A DNA stretch of 64,000 nucleotides from Bacteroidota bacterium (GTDB taxonomy: Bacteria; Bacteroidota; Rhodothermia; Rhodothermales; UBA10348): NCBI GenBank assembly GCA_027622005.1, contig JAQBZH010000005.1, forward strand, positions 19,623-83,622. The letters are read 5' to 3'. The position numbers were made by a program, and so were the translations under genes. The notes beneath the pieces were generated by a model. That model was not told the DNA's origin and ran no database searches. It worked only from the letters and a program-made list of their open reading frames with translations. Shown piece after piece: positions 1 through 9,589 of this stretch (positions within the stretch are counted from its first letter, which is position 1; each line of letters starts with the position of its first letter).

Positions 1-124
1 TAGAACCACGCACCGCAACGCCCACGACAAACAGATCGTCGCGAGAGATTACTTCGCTTGCTAATGCCTGTATTTTGGCATCCAGCGAAATCGGGTGGTT
101 AGTTTCTAAAAGGACTGATTCCAG
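1..124 (-). CDS. rimP: Ribosome maturation factor RimP, 5' part (runs off the window start)
   Basis: Manual minus-strand translation (L)ESVLLETNHPISLDAKIQALASEVISRDDLFVVGVAVRGS resembles RimP N-termini. GGAG lies 8 nt before a CTG at 124-122, and a rimP-leader-like hairpin is upstream. Not in the ORF track; only about 41 codons visible. Confidence 0.65.
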   Translation of the reverse strand, partial: MESVLLETNHPISLDAKIQALASEVISRDDLFVVGVAVRGS

Positions 125-177
125 AACCGTATCTCCGTTCGTTCAATAACTTTTGTTCGAATCAAAAGTGCTTTTGT

Positions 178-209
178 AAAAAACGCCCGGTCCGAAGCTC
201 GGACGGGCG
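178..209 (-). terminator. Intrinsic terminator-like hairpin in the rimP leader
   Basis: Minus strand CGCCCG-TCCGA-gct-TCGGA-c-CGGGCG followed by TTTTTT. Confidence 0.65.
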
Positions 210-266
210 CCAACAAAATCCACCTCCAATTCTCTGATCTCCAGAAAATCTAGAGACTCAGCGAAC

Positions 267-294
267 AAAAAAGGGCGGCCGATAGCCCCCCTTT
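267..294 (-). promoter_or_regulatory. rimP-leader-like hairpin, or nadB terminator
   Basis: Minus strand AAAGGGGGGCTATCGGCCGCCCTTTTTT: a short GC hairpin plus U-tract, like the GGGC...GCCC leader known upstream of rimP-nusA-infB operons. Confidence 0.5.
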
Positions 295-349
295 CATCCG
301 CGACCAATAATATACACTCGATTCAAGGGAATAATCAATCCCTGAATCT

Positions 350-1945
350 TCATATTAAAGTCATTCTACGCTCATTTTCGACCAATTCAGGAAAATCAGG
401 GATATAATGCAATCCACGGCTTTCCCTTCTAATTGAGGCACTTCGGATAACTAAGTGAGCGACCGCAATCATATTTCTGAGCTCACACAGACCTATCGAC
501 ACCCGAGATCGACGATAAAAGACTTCTGTTTCTTCATGCAATAGGTCTATTCGTCTACGTGCTCTTTCTAATCGCAAGGTACTTCTAACGATACCTACGT
601 AATCCCACATAATCCGACGGAGTTCGTCTTTGTTGTGGGAAATCAAGATCCATTCCACGGGGTGAATGGTACCACTATCATCCCAGTCTGGAATCTCGTG
701 CCTCCACCCAGACGTTTTCGAAAGTTCAACGGCGCGAACGGCTGATCGATGCCCAACAACCAACGCTTCTAGGAGGGAATTGCTGGCGAGTCGATTCGCG
801 CCGTGCAATCCTGTATACGCCACTTCTCCGCACGCTAATAGATGCTCTATGGACGTTTGCCCGTTTACATCGGTAAAAACGCCGCCACACATATAGTGCG
901 CGGCCGGAACGACGGGAATTTTTTCTTTGGTGATGTCTATACCAAACTCCAAACAGCGGCTATAAATACGGGGAAAGTGAGTCTGCACGAACGCCGAAGG
1001 CTTATGAGAGATGTCAAGCCAAACGTGGTCGTCACCTCGTGTTTTGAGCTCATTGTCAATCGCCCTGGCTACGATGTCCCGAGGGGCAAGCTCTCCTCTG
1101 GGGTCATAGTCCGCCATAAACCGATTACCCCCTTTGTTAAGAAGGATTGCGCCCTCACCTCGAACCGCTTCGGATATTAAAAACGACTTGGCTTCGTCAT
1201 GGAAGAGGGTGGTTGGGTGGAACTGGACAAATTCCATGTTCGCGACTCTCGCTTTTGCCCGGTAGGCCATGGCCACCCCATCGCCCGTTGCTACCGACGG
1301 ATTAGTGGTGTGCAGGTACACCTGCCCTGCCCCACCGGTGGCCAACATCGTAATTTTGGCCAACCAGGTTTCTACGGCATCAGCCCCCTCGTTATAAACG
1401 TAGGCTCCAAAACATTTGATATCGGGTCTGACCTTGGACACGTGCTGCCCCAGATGATGGTCAGTAATAAGTTCTAAAGCGAAGTGATGCTCAAGCATCT
1501 GAATATTCGGATGCTTTTTGACCCTTTCCAGAAGGGATTCTTCGACCACCTCCCCCGTTGAATCCGCAGCGTGAACGATGCGACTCTTTCCGTGGCCGCC
1601 CTCTCTTCCCAGGTGCAAACTGCCATTGCTGCTGGAAAAAACAGCGCCCTCATCGATAAGGCGTTTGATTTCGGTAGGTCCATCTCCGACAATGGTCCTG
1701 ACTACTTTTTCGTCGCACAGTCCTGCGCCGGCGGTCAATGTATCCCGTACGTGATTTTCAATGCTATCCGCCGCATCCATCACCGCCGCAATACCGCCCT
1801 GAGCATATTGCGTGTTGCTTTCCGAGGCCGAATCCTTAGTGACTACCGCCACGCTTCCAAAATCCGCCACTTGAATGGCGAACGAAAGTCCAGCCGCGCC
1901 ACTTCCAAGGACTAAAAAATCAACCTGTTGTCGAGTTTTTGACAT
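350..1945 (-). CDS. nadB: L-aspartate oxidase
   Basis: GSGAAG FAD motif, AQGGIAA, EGGHGKSRIVH, MEFVQFHPT, LAPRDIVARAI, GLHGANRLASNSLLEALV, RRESRGLHY. Confidence 0.95.
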   Translation of the reverse strand: MSKTRQQVDFLVLGSGAAGLSFAIQVADFGSVAVVTKDSASESNTQYAQGGIAAVMDAADSIENHVRDTLTAGAGLCDEKVVRTIVGDGPTEIKRLIDEGAVFSSSNGSLHLGREGGHGKSRIVHAADSTGEVVEESLLERVKKHPNIQMLEHHFALELITDHHLGQHVSKVRPDIKCFGAYVYNEGADAVETWLAKITMLATGGAGQVYLHTTNPSVATGDGVAMAYRAKARVANMEFVQFHPTTLFHDEAKSFLISEAVRGEGAILLNKGGNRFMADYDPRGELAPRDIVARAIDNELKTRGDDHVWLDISHKPSAFVQTHFPRIYSRCLEFGIDITKEKIPVVPAAHYMCGGVFTDVNGQTSIEHLLACGEVAYTGLHGANRLASNSLLEALVVGHRSAVRAVELSKTSGWRHEIPDWDDSGTIHPVEWILISHNKDELRRIMWDYVGIVRSTLRLERARRRIDLLHEETEVFYRRSRVSIGLCELRNMIAVAHLVIRSASIRRESRGLHYIPDFPELVENERRMTLI

Positions 1946-1953
1946 ACCGAGCG

Positions 1954-3055
1954 CTATTGCGTGAGGTACGCTTTAATAAAGATTTCCAGATCGCCATCCA
2001 TGACTGATTGAACGTCCGTCAACTTCGTTTCCGTCCGGTGGTCATTGACCATGGTGTAGGGCTGAAACACGTAAGATCGAATTTGTGAACCCCATTCAAT
2101 CTTTTTCTTGCTCCCTTCCACGGCGTTTTTAACGGCTTCCTGAATGTCCTTTTCCAGTTGATATATCCGACTTTTAATCATGGTCAGAGCGCGTTCCTTA
2201 TTTTGGAGCTGACTTCTTTCTTCTGTGCATTCAGCCACCACTCGGGCCTTTTCACCATTTGAAAGGTCACCCGTCCAGATAAATCGAACCCCCGTCTCCA
2301 CTTTATTCACGTTCTGACCACCAGCACCACCAGAGCGAAAGGTCTGTAGTTCCAGATTGTCCTGCTTGATCTCTATCTCAATTGTATCATCAATCTCTGG
2401 GTAAACAAAGACCGAAGAAAACGAAGTGTGTCTCCTGCCACTCGAGTCGAACGGACTAATACGAACCAACCGGTGAACCCCGGATTCTGATTTTAAATAG
2501 CCATAGGCAAAAGGGCCCCGCAGTGCCAAAGTGGCACTTTTTATACCGGCCACATCCCCGTCCTGATGCTCTAAAAGCTGCATGGTATAGCCATGGCGCT
2601 CACCCCAACGGGTGTACATTCGCAATAGCATGTCTGCCCAATCGTTGCTTTCCGTGCCACCGGCACCTGGATGGATGGTTAGAATAGCATCGCGATGGTC
2701 GTCGGGGTCGCTCAGTAAACTTTTCAGTTCGAGATCATCAACCAATGTCGCTAATTCAGCACATTCCGCAATAATTTCGGCTTCCAGGTCTTCTCCTTCT
2801 TCAGAGGCCATCTCGATTAAAGTCTGAACGTCTTCCCCTTTTGAATTGACCGTAGACCACGCTTCAATCCATCCTTTTTCGACCGAAATTTCCTTTTCAA
2901 CCTTTTGAGCGTCCTCAGGATAATCCCAAAATGAGGGATCCAGCCGCTTCTCTTCTAATTCTTTCTTCTTGACGATCCTGGTTTCAACGTCAAAGATACC
3001 TCCCGAGCGTGGCCACACGCTCTAACAAGCTTCGTAATTGTTCTTTATCCATCAT
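1954..3055 (-). CDS. prfB: Peptide chain release factor 2, with programmed +1 frameshift at 2995-2989
   Basis: GGQ motif (RSGGAGGQNVNK), SPF motif (RISPFD), WGSQIRSY. A 21-codon first frame MMDKEQLRSLLERVATLGRYL ends in GGG AGG TAT CTT TGA C, the classic internal SD plus CTT TGA shift site. Confidence 0.96.
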
Positions 3056-3088
3056 AATCTGATCGTATAAGTGGCAAATCCCACTTCT

Positions 3089-3433
3089 CTATTGTTGTTT
3101 TTTCTTTAAAGGAACCGAGCCTAACCAACCACCGACGCCGCCGATCAAGGCTGCTACCCCGATAGTGATTAAGACGGTCATTATCGGGGGTAAATCACCA
3201 AAAATCGCAGCCACTACAATGGCCATGGCCGTGGTTTCTTCGGGGGCAACAGTATAACTGTAAATAACGAGACCGCCCCACGTTGCTACTAGGGTTAATA
3301 TTCCTGCCATGATAGGATGTTCTTTAAACGTGACACCTGCAATGACCGAGCCCACGATGGCATATTGCCAGCCAACCAACAGGTGCAAGGCGAGTGCAAT
3401 TCCAATAGATAATAATATGTATAGCTTAGTCAC
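3089..3433 (-). CDS. Hypothetical small membrane protein
   Basis: 114 aa with 3-4 hydrophobic segments and a Lys-rich C-terminus; tightly spaced between the aminotransferase and prfB. Confidence 0.7.
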   Translation of the reverse strand: MTKLYILLSIGIALALHLLVGWQYAIVGSVIAGVTFKEHPIMAGILTLVATWGGLVIYSYTVAPEETTAMAIVVAAIFGDLPPIMTVLITIGVAALIGGVGGWLGSVPLKKKQQ

Positions 3434-3447
3434 GGGTTTTGCCTCAC

Positions 3448-4644
3448 TCAGACGGTTATTTCGGCCTGTTTATGTTGTGCAAATCGAACAATTCGACGTA
3501 CGGCTTCTTCAATGTTTTCCATTGAATTAGCATAGGAACACCGAATATATCCGGTTCCTGAAGGGCCAAATGCGTCCCCTGGAACGACGGCTACGTGTTC
3601 TGCCTGGAGCAACTCTTGAGCAAATTCTTCGGACGATAGCCCCGTCGAAGTAATGTCCGGGAAGCAATAGAAGGCCCCTTCTGGTTCAAATGTGGGCATT
3701 CCGGCCGATCGAAACCCGTCAACGATTTTCCTGCGACGAGCATCATATGCCTGACGCATCCTTTCTACGTCCGGTTGACATTCTTTGAGTCCAGCCAAAG
3801 CTCCCCATTGACTCGCAGTGGGTGCCGACATGATGATATACTGATGCAGCTTATACATCGCATCATAAATCGGTTTAGGGGCGCAAGCATAACCAACCCG
3901 CCAGCCCGTCATTGCATACGCCTTCGAAAACCCGCCGAGAAGAATCGTTCGTTCTCTTAAACTGTCAATAGATGGAAGGCACGTGTGTCCTGATTCGTAG
4001 GCTGATCCGTAAACCAACCGGTCATAAATTTCATCCGAAAGAACCAATAGATCGTACTTCTCCACCACCTGCGCGATTTCCTCTAACGTCTCTCTCCTCA
4101 AAACAGCACCCGTAGGGTTGCTCGGATAAGCCAAGAACAGCAATTTGGTTCGAGGGGTGATTCGTGCTTCAATGTCCGCAGCGGTCACTTGAAAATCGTT
4201 TTCGACCGAGGTAGGGACATATTTTACGGTAGCCCCGGCAAAAATGGCCGTAGGACCATACGAAACGAAACAGGGTTCTGGGATGAGCACTTCATCGCCA
4301 GGATTGAGCAGGGCCAACATAGCCAACTGAATCGCTTCACTGGCACCAACGGTGACCAGGATTTCGTTTGCAGGATTGTATTTCACGCCATACAAACGGT
4401 CAATTTCCTCGGAAATGGCGTCTCTTAGCGGCGCGATACCCGCATTTGACGTATAGCCAGTTAGTCCCTTAGTAATTGATTCGCGAGCGCCTTTCAAAAT
4501 GGGCTCCGGAGAAACGAAATCAGGTTCACCGATTCCGAGCGTAATGACATCCTGCATGGTAGCAGCGATTTCAAAAAATCGTCGAATGCCCGAAGGTGGA
4601 ACAATTTTTACTCGGTCAGAAAGTCTACTAGACAGGTTCAGCAT
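3448..4644 (-). CDS. PLP-dependent aminotransferase class I/II
   Basis: GEPDF, YPSNPTG, SDEIY, PLP-lysine motif GFSKAYAMTGWRVG, EGAFY. Confidence 0.93.
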   Translation of the reverse strand: MLNLSSRLSDRVKIVPPSGIRRFFEIAATMQDVITLGIGEPDFVSPEPILKGARESITKGLTGYTSNAGIAPLRDAISEEIDRLYGVKYNPANEILVTVGASEAIQLAMLALLNPGDEVLIPEPCFVSYGPTAIFAGATVKYVPTSVENDFQVTAADIEARITPRTKLLFLAYPSNPTGAVLRRETLEEIAQVVEKYDLLVLSDEIYDRLVYGSAYESGHTCLPSIDSLRERTILLGGFSKAYAMTGWRVGYACAPKPIYDAMYKLHQYIIMSAPTASQWGALAGLKECQPDVERMRQAYDARRRKIVDGFRSAGMPTFEPEGAFYCFPDITSTGLSSEEFAQELLQAEHVAVVPGDAFGPSGTGYIRCSYANSMENIEEAVRRIVRFAQHKQAEITV

Positions 4645-4849
4645 GGTGAATATGTTAAATCAGACAAAGTTTACTTACGCATTTCAGGTGGATAACCCAA
4701 CCTCAGAGGTCCCTTGGAGACTCAGCTCCTAAATATACAATCTCTTTTTAAGACCAAAGTTGATTTTCCGCGCAGAATCTTTGCTTGAACGGCCTCCTTC
4801 GACTACCTAATTTGAACCAAAATCAATCTCAAACTTGAATTCCACTCCC

Positions 4850-6343
4850 ATGACGGCCGTTTTAAATAAGAATTTCATTGCCGGTGTTTGGCAAGACGGG
4901 GCAACTGGCGCCACCTTTAAGAACATCAATCCTGCTGTAAACAGCGATGTCATTGGTTTATTTCCGGAATCTGGCGTGGAAGATGTAGACGACGCCGTCC
5001 GAGCAGCCAGATCAGCCTTCAAGTCTTGGAGCAGCATGCCCGCCCCAGCCCGCGGCGATATTTTGCGTCGAATCGGCGATATTTTGACGGCGCGTAAGAG
5101 CGAACTGGCTTTCCAGATGACCCGTGAAATGGGAAAACCATTTTTCGAAACCAAAGGAGATGTCCAAGAGGCTATTGACACGGCCTACTACGCGGCTTCT
5201 GAGACACGTCGCTTGTTTGGCCATACGGTTCCATCCGAAATGCCCAACAAATTTAACATGTCGATTCGTCGTCCGATCGGCGTCTGCGGCATCATTTCGG
5301 CATGGAATTTCCCCGTTGCGGTACCGACCTGGAAAATATTCCCGGCCATAGCCTGCGGCAACACGGTTGTCTTTAAGCCGAGTGAAGAAGCCCCTCATTC
5401 GGGAGCGCTTTTGGTAAAGGTGTTTGAAGATGCGGGGCTTCCGGCTGGAGTTGTGAACCTCGTTCAGGGTAGTGGCATGACGGGGCGAGCCTTGGTTGAG
5501 CATCCAGACGTCAACGCAGTCTCTTTCACGGGCTCTACCGAGACCGGATCAAAGATTGGTGAAACCTGTGGACGCATGCACAAACGGTTTTCGCTCGAAA
5601 TGGGTGGGAAAAATCCGATGATTGTATTGGCAGATGCTAATCTCAACCTCGTGATTGATGGCCTTCTTTGGGGCGCGTTCGGGACCACGGGACAGCGTTG
5701 TACGGCAACCTCTCGCTTAATAGTCCACGAAAGTGTGCATGATGAACTTGTAGGACGGCTTGCCGAGAGAGCGAAAGCGATTCGGATAGGCTACGGCAAT
5801 GAGGAATCGACTGAAATGGGTCCTGTCATCAACAAAAAAGGCCTTGATAAGATCGAATATTACGTCGGGGTAGGCCAGGAAGAAGGCGCTACGCTACTAA
5901 TAGGAGGAAAACGCCCAACCGGAAAAAATGTCGAAAACGGGACGTTTTTTGAACCCACTATCTTTACGAATGTCACCCCCAATATGCGGATCGCAAAAGA
6001 GGAAATCTTTGGCCCCGTATTGTCAGTGATCAAAATTTCTTCGTACGAAGAAGCTATTCGGGTTGCTAATAACATTGAATACGGACTTTCTTCAGCCATC
6101 TATACCAACGACGTCGCTACAGCCTTTCGAGCCATGCACGATATCGAAGCAGGTATTACATACATCAATGGCCCTACGATTGGCGCCGAGGCTCACATGC
6201 CTTTTGGTGGTGTTAAAGGAACCGGCAACGGGCACCGTGAAGGCGGATGGGAAGTGTTTGAGTTCTACACAGAAACGAAATCTGTTTACGTGGACTATAG
6301 CGGCAAGCTACAAAAGGCCCAGATTGACAACGTTCAGGATTAG
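4850..6343 (+). CDS. Aldehyde dehydrogenase family protein
   Basis: AWNFP, FTGSTETG, LEMGGKNP (catalytic Glu), GQRCTA (catalytic Cys), EEIFGP, PFGG. ATG at 4850 preferred over TTG at 4835. Confidence 0.92.
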   Translation: MTAVLNKNFIAGVWQDGATGATFKNINPAVNSDVIGLFPESGVEDVDDAVRAARSAFKSWSSMPAPARGDILRRIGDILTARKSELAFQMTREMGKPFFETKGDVQEAIDTAYYAASETRRLFGHTVPSEMPNKFNMSIRRPIGVCGIISAWNFPVAVPTWKIFPAIACGNTVVFKPSEEAPHSGALLVKVFEDAGLPAGVVNLVQGSGMTGRALVEHPDVNAVSFTGSTETGSKIGETCGRMHKRFSLEMGGKNPMIVLADANLNLVIDGLLWGAFGTTGQRCTATSRLIVHESVHDELVGRLAERAKAIRIGYGNEESTEMGPVINKKGLDKIEYYVGVGQEEGATLLIGGKRPTGKNVENGTFFEPTIFTNVTPNMRIAKEEIFGPVLSVIKISSYEEAIRVANNIEYGLSSAIYTNDVATAFRAMHDIEAGITYINGPTIGAEAHMPFGGVKGTGNGHREGGWEVFEFYTETKSVYVDYSGKLQKAQIDNVQD

Positions 6344-6386
6344 TTGATTGTTTGTTCATAGAACTTCCTTAATTGCGCTCGGACTG

Positions 6387-6405
6387 GTAACAATAGCATA
6401 ACATT
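6387..6405 (+). promoter_or_regulatory. Candidate Pho box
   Basis: TAACAAT at 6388 and TAACATT at 6399, an 11-bp-spaced direct repeat of the OmpR/PhoB type, about 130 bp upstream of the porin-pst operon. Confidence 0.45.
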
Positions 6406-6536
6406 GGGTATGTACTATTGGAAATCTTTTGCTCGTGATAGCGAAAGAACACCTATTGAATAACACGTTTTTCCTTCAGGAATTGTGTGTGCTCAAGTAA
6501 AAGGATAGTCACCCTCATTTTACTATTGAGTCTCTA

Positions 6537-7526
6537 ATGAAAAAGTCCTCACTGTGGATTTGTACAGCCCTAGTCGTTACCCTCTCGGCCGCCAATGTTG
6601 CTCGTGCCCAGGTCACGGTCAAACTAAGTGGCGCCATTTTTTCGGATTACGCCTATACGTTTTCTTCTCCCGAGGGAGCCAAAGATGGCGATAACGGATT
6701 CGACTTTCGCCGCGTCAACTTTACATCTGATTTTAAACTGTCAGACGCGTTCGATGCCAGAATTCGATTGGAAGCCAACGACGACGGTACTATTTCCAAC
6801 GGAAAACCGGGTACATTCATCAAAGACTTGTATATCCGCTGGAAAAACGCCGTGGGCGAAGGCCACAATGTCGTTTTCGGAGTAAGTCCTCCTCCCATGT
6901 GGCTCGTTTCTGAACAGCAATGGGGCTACCGAGGTCTCGAAGCAACCCTCATGGACCGTGCTAAAATTGCTACCTCAAGAGATATGGGACTGGCTTTGAG
7001 TGGTCCAGTTACCAAGGACGGCCGAGTAAAATACGGGCTCATGTTTGCGAATAATTCGGGTGGAAAAGCGGAATCCGATAAATTCAAACGACTATATGGT
7101 CAACTGGAATTCTACCCTAACGAAAGCCTGAATCTGACGCTCGGTGGAGACTATTACCATTTTGACGGCGGTAGCTCCTTGGCCGGCAACGTCTTCTTAG
7201 GATACTCTTTTGAAAGCCTAAAACTGGGTGTCGAAGGATTTGTAAATCCAAAAGAGATCGATGCTTCCAGCGACCGAGACACGAGACTTGGGGCTTCCCT
7301 TTTTGGCAGGTACCGTGTCAGCGAAACACAACAATTTATCGCCCGCTTCGACTTGTCCGGTCGAGACAATCTGGGCGCTGAAACTCAGAACAGCTGGCTC
7401 ATTTTAGGCTATAGTTTTATGCCCGAAAAAGGGATCGAAATTGTGCCAAACCTCCTATTCGACAAAGACGATTTTAACGACGATGCGACGCTTACCGGTC
7501 GAGTGACCGTAATCGCGAGTTTCTAA
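6537..7526 (+). CDS. Outer-membrane porin, probably phosphate-related (OprO/OprP-like)
   Basis: Signal peptide ending ARA-Q, FDFRR motif, SRDMG motif, alternating beta-strand pattern, C-terminal Phe; first gene of the pst operon. Confidence 0.7.
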   Translation: MKKSSLWICTALVVTLSAANVARAQVTVKLSGAIFSDYAYTFSSPEGAKDGDNGFDFRRVNFTSDFKLSDAFDARIRLEANDDGTISNGKPGTFIKDLYIRWKNAVGEGHNVVFGVSPPPMWLVSEQQWGYRGLEATLMDRAKIATSRDMGLALSGPVTKDGRVKYGLMFANNSGGKAESDKFKRLYGQLEFYPNESLNLTLGGDYYHFDGGSSLAGNVFLGYSFESLKLGVEGFVNPKEIDASSDRDTRLGASLFGRYRVSETQQFIARFDLSGRDNLGAETQNSWLILGYSFMPEKGIEIVPNLLFDKDDFNDDATLTGRVTVIASF

Positions 7527-7554
7527 AGCAGGAAAACATCTTTTATCACCTACT

Positions 7555-8466
7555 ATGACAACAACGAATATGCAATCCAAACACTCTCTCCTACTCGTCC
7601 TGATGATTGCCTTAGTTAGTTTTGGCTGCGGACGCCCTGAGGCGGGTTCTTCAAGGTCCGTTATTCAAAATAAAGGCTCTGATACCTTGGTAAACGTTGC
7701 TCAGGCTTGGGCGGAAGCGTATCAGACGGTCAATTCCGAAGTTGCTGTTGCGGTAACGGGCGGTGGTTCTGGAACTGGAATTGCTGCATTGCTCAACGGA
7801 ACGGTCGATATCGCAAACTCTTCCCGTCAAATTAAAGAGTCGGAAACCGCATCTCTTAAAGAGGGTGGCCATTCGCCGGTGGAATTTGTGGTTGGATACG
7901 ACGCGTTAGCCATTTTCATCCATCCAGACAATCCGCTCAATGAGATTTCGATCGAACAAATAAAGAACATATACGCAGAAGGCGGACCTTTTGAGAAATG
8001 GTCGCAGCTAGGCGTAACTGTTCCTGGTTGTGACAGCGACGAAATCATTCGCGTCAGTCGCCAGAATAATTCAGGTACGTACGAATATTTTCGCGAAGCC
8101 GTGTTGGGTAGCGGAGATTTCAAGCACGGATCGCGTGATATGCACGGATCGAAGGATGTGGTTGATTTGGTGATGAATACGGCTTGTGCCATTGGCTATA
8201 GCGGCTTGGCCTATGCGACACACGAGGTTAAAATGCCTTGCGTAACGTCAGTGGCTGAAGGTGCTTGCGTGGTTCCCACCATAGAATCTTCTATCGACGG
8301 ATCCTATCCTATTGCGCGCCCGTTATTCATGTATACGGCCGATCAGCCTGAAGGAGCCGTAAAAAGCTACCTCGATTGGATTCTTAGCGATGCCGGGCAA
8401 TGTATCATTCAAGAAATCGGGTATGCTCCGGTCTCAACGCCTGACTGCGCGGCATCGGTTCAATAA
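7555..8466 (+). CDS. pstS: Phosphate ABC transporter substrate-binding lipoprotein
   Basis: Lipobox-like SFGC, KGSDT, GGGSGTG, NSSR, RQNNSGT, YPIARPLFMY. Confidence 0.93.
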   Translation: MTTTNMQSKHSLLLVLMIALVSFGCGRPEAGSSRSVIQNKGSDTLVNVAQAWAEAYQTVNSEVAVAVTGGGSGTGIAALLNGTVDIANSSRQIKESETASLKEGGHSPVEFVVGYDALAIFIHPDNPLNEISIEQIKNIYAEGGPFEKWSQLGVTVPGCDSDEIIRVSRQNNSGTYEYFREAVLGSGDFKHGSRDMHGSKDVVDLVMNTACAIGYSGLAYATHEVKMPCVTSVAEGACVVPTIESSIDGSYPIARPLFMYTADQPEGAVKSYLDWILSDAGQCIIQEIGYAPVSTPDCAASVQ

Positions 8467-8515
8467 AGAGCTTCCTCGAGTAAACCGCTCGTGTCCCAAG
8501 AAAAAGCTTAAACTT

Positions 8516-9589
8516 ATGTCTCACTACGAACAACGTCTTCAATCTGACCTTGACTCGATTCGGACGGGAATTTCCCAGCTCGGTAAAGACGTTCATGCGG
8601 CACTAACCAACGCTGTAAAAGCGCTCCTCGATCGAAATGATGAGCTCTCGTATGCAACGATATTGGGAGATCATCCGGTCAACCGATCGGTGGATCGGTT
8701 AAATCTGGAGTGCCATCGTTTTATTGCCAAGCACCTCCCCTCTGCGGGGCATTTGCGGTTTATTTCGTCCTCTCTACGCACCATCATATTGATGGAACGA
8801 TTGGGTGATTACGCATCTACGATTGCGAAGGAATCCGTTCATCTGGAAGCGGAACCACGTGGAGCCTTTCGAAATGATCTACAATCATTGGCGTACGACG
8901 CTCTTGATATGCTAGCCAGCGCAATCAGAGCTTATGAAGCTCAAGACGCTGATCTCGCAACCCAAACAAGCTCAATTGCTCAACGAGTTGACCGGGAGTT
9001 TATTACCGCTTTAGGAGATCTTGTCGCGATTGACAAAGCAGATATTGATAGGAAAGATCTTTTCGCAAACCTAAACATCATCAACTTGATTGAACGGGTC
9101 AGCGATCAGGCCAAAAACGTGTGTGAAGAGGTCGTTTTTACAATGACGGGCCAGACCAAGCAACGGCGTCCTTTCCGATTGTTGTTTTTGGATGAGACCG
9201 ACGCCGGAGTCACGCAAATTGCGGTAGCCCTATCCCGAAAGTTCTATACTGATCGGATCATATCACAAAGCGCCGGAAGTCAGCCGTCATCTGGCCTTCA
9301 ACCCGAAATTAGTGTTATGTGCCAGGCAAAAGGACTGGACTTAAGTGGTCTTGATCCTAGCCTTTTGCTGGTGGATGGAACGGACTGGAGAAGCGCTGAC
9401 GTTATTGTCTGCATTGATGATGACGTTTCAAAGTTCATGCCCAAGGTTCCTTACGGACGTGCTGTTGTTCGCTGGAATACCCCAAAAGGAAGCGACACCG
9501 AAGGCCTTTTCCGATTTATATCCGAACAATTGGAAGCCCTCGTTCTATTGGTCCGGGGTCCTGGAACAAATTCAGAGCGAAACGCATGA
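8516..9589 (+). CDS. phoU: PhoU fused to a C-terminal LMW-PTP/ArsC-like domain
   Basis: Two PhoU repeats (HLRFISS...MERLGDYA; IERVSDQAKNVCE), then about 140 aa with RLLFL...SAG.QP...GLDLSG...ADVIVCI...RW. ATG at 8516 chosen because the track start overlaps pstS. Confidence 0.85.
   Translation: MSHYEQRLQSDLDSIRTGISQLGKDVHAALTNAVKALLDRNDELSYATILGDHPVNRSVDRLNLECHRFIAKHLPSAGHLRFISSSLRTIILMERLGDYASTIAKESVHLEAEPRGAFRNDLQSLAYDALDMLASAIRAYEAQDADLATQTSSIAQRVDREFITALGDLVAIDKADIDRKDLFANLNIINLIERVSDQAKNVCEEVVFTMTGQTKQRRPFRLLFLDETDAGVTQIAVALSRKFYTDRIISQSAGSQPSSGLQPEISVMCQAKGLDLSGLDPSLLLVDGTDWRSADVIVCIDDDVSKFMPKVPYGRAVVRWNTPKGSDTEGLFRFISEQLEALVLLVRGPGTNSERNA

Noticed and set aside
4670-4732. TPP-riboswitch-like words (CTGAG, ACCTGA, GCGTA) on the minus strand upstream of the aminotransferase
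   Set aside because: The P5/L5 arm between ACCTGA and GCG is missing and no convincing P1/P2 forms; only two small hairpins are present.
8390-8515. N-terminal extension of phoU, and similar extensions of pstB2, the ferredoxin reductase, copZ and copA
   Set aside because: These mostly overlap neighbouring genes and lack family similarity; better downstream starts exist.
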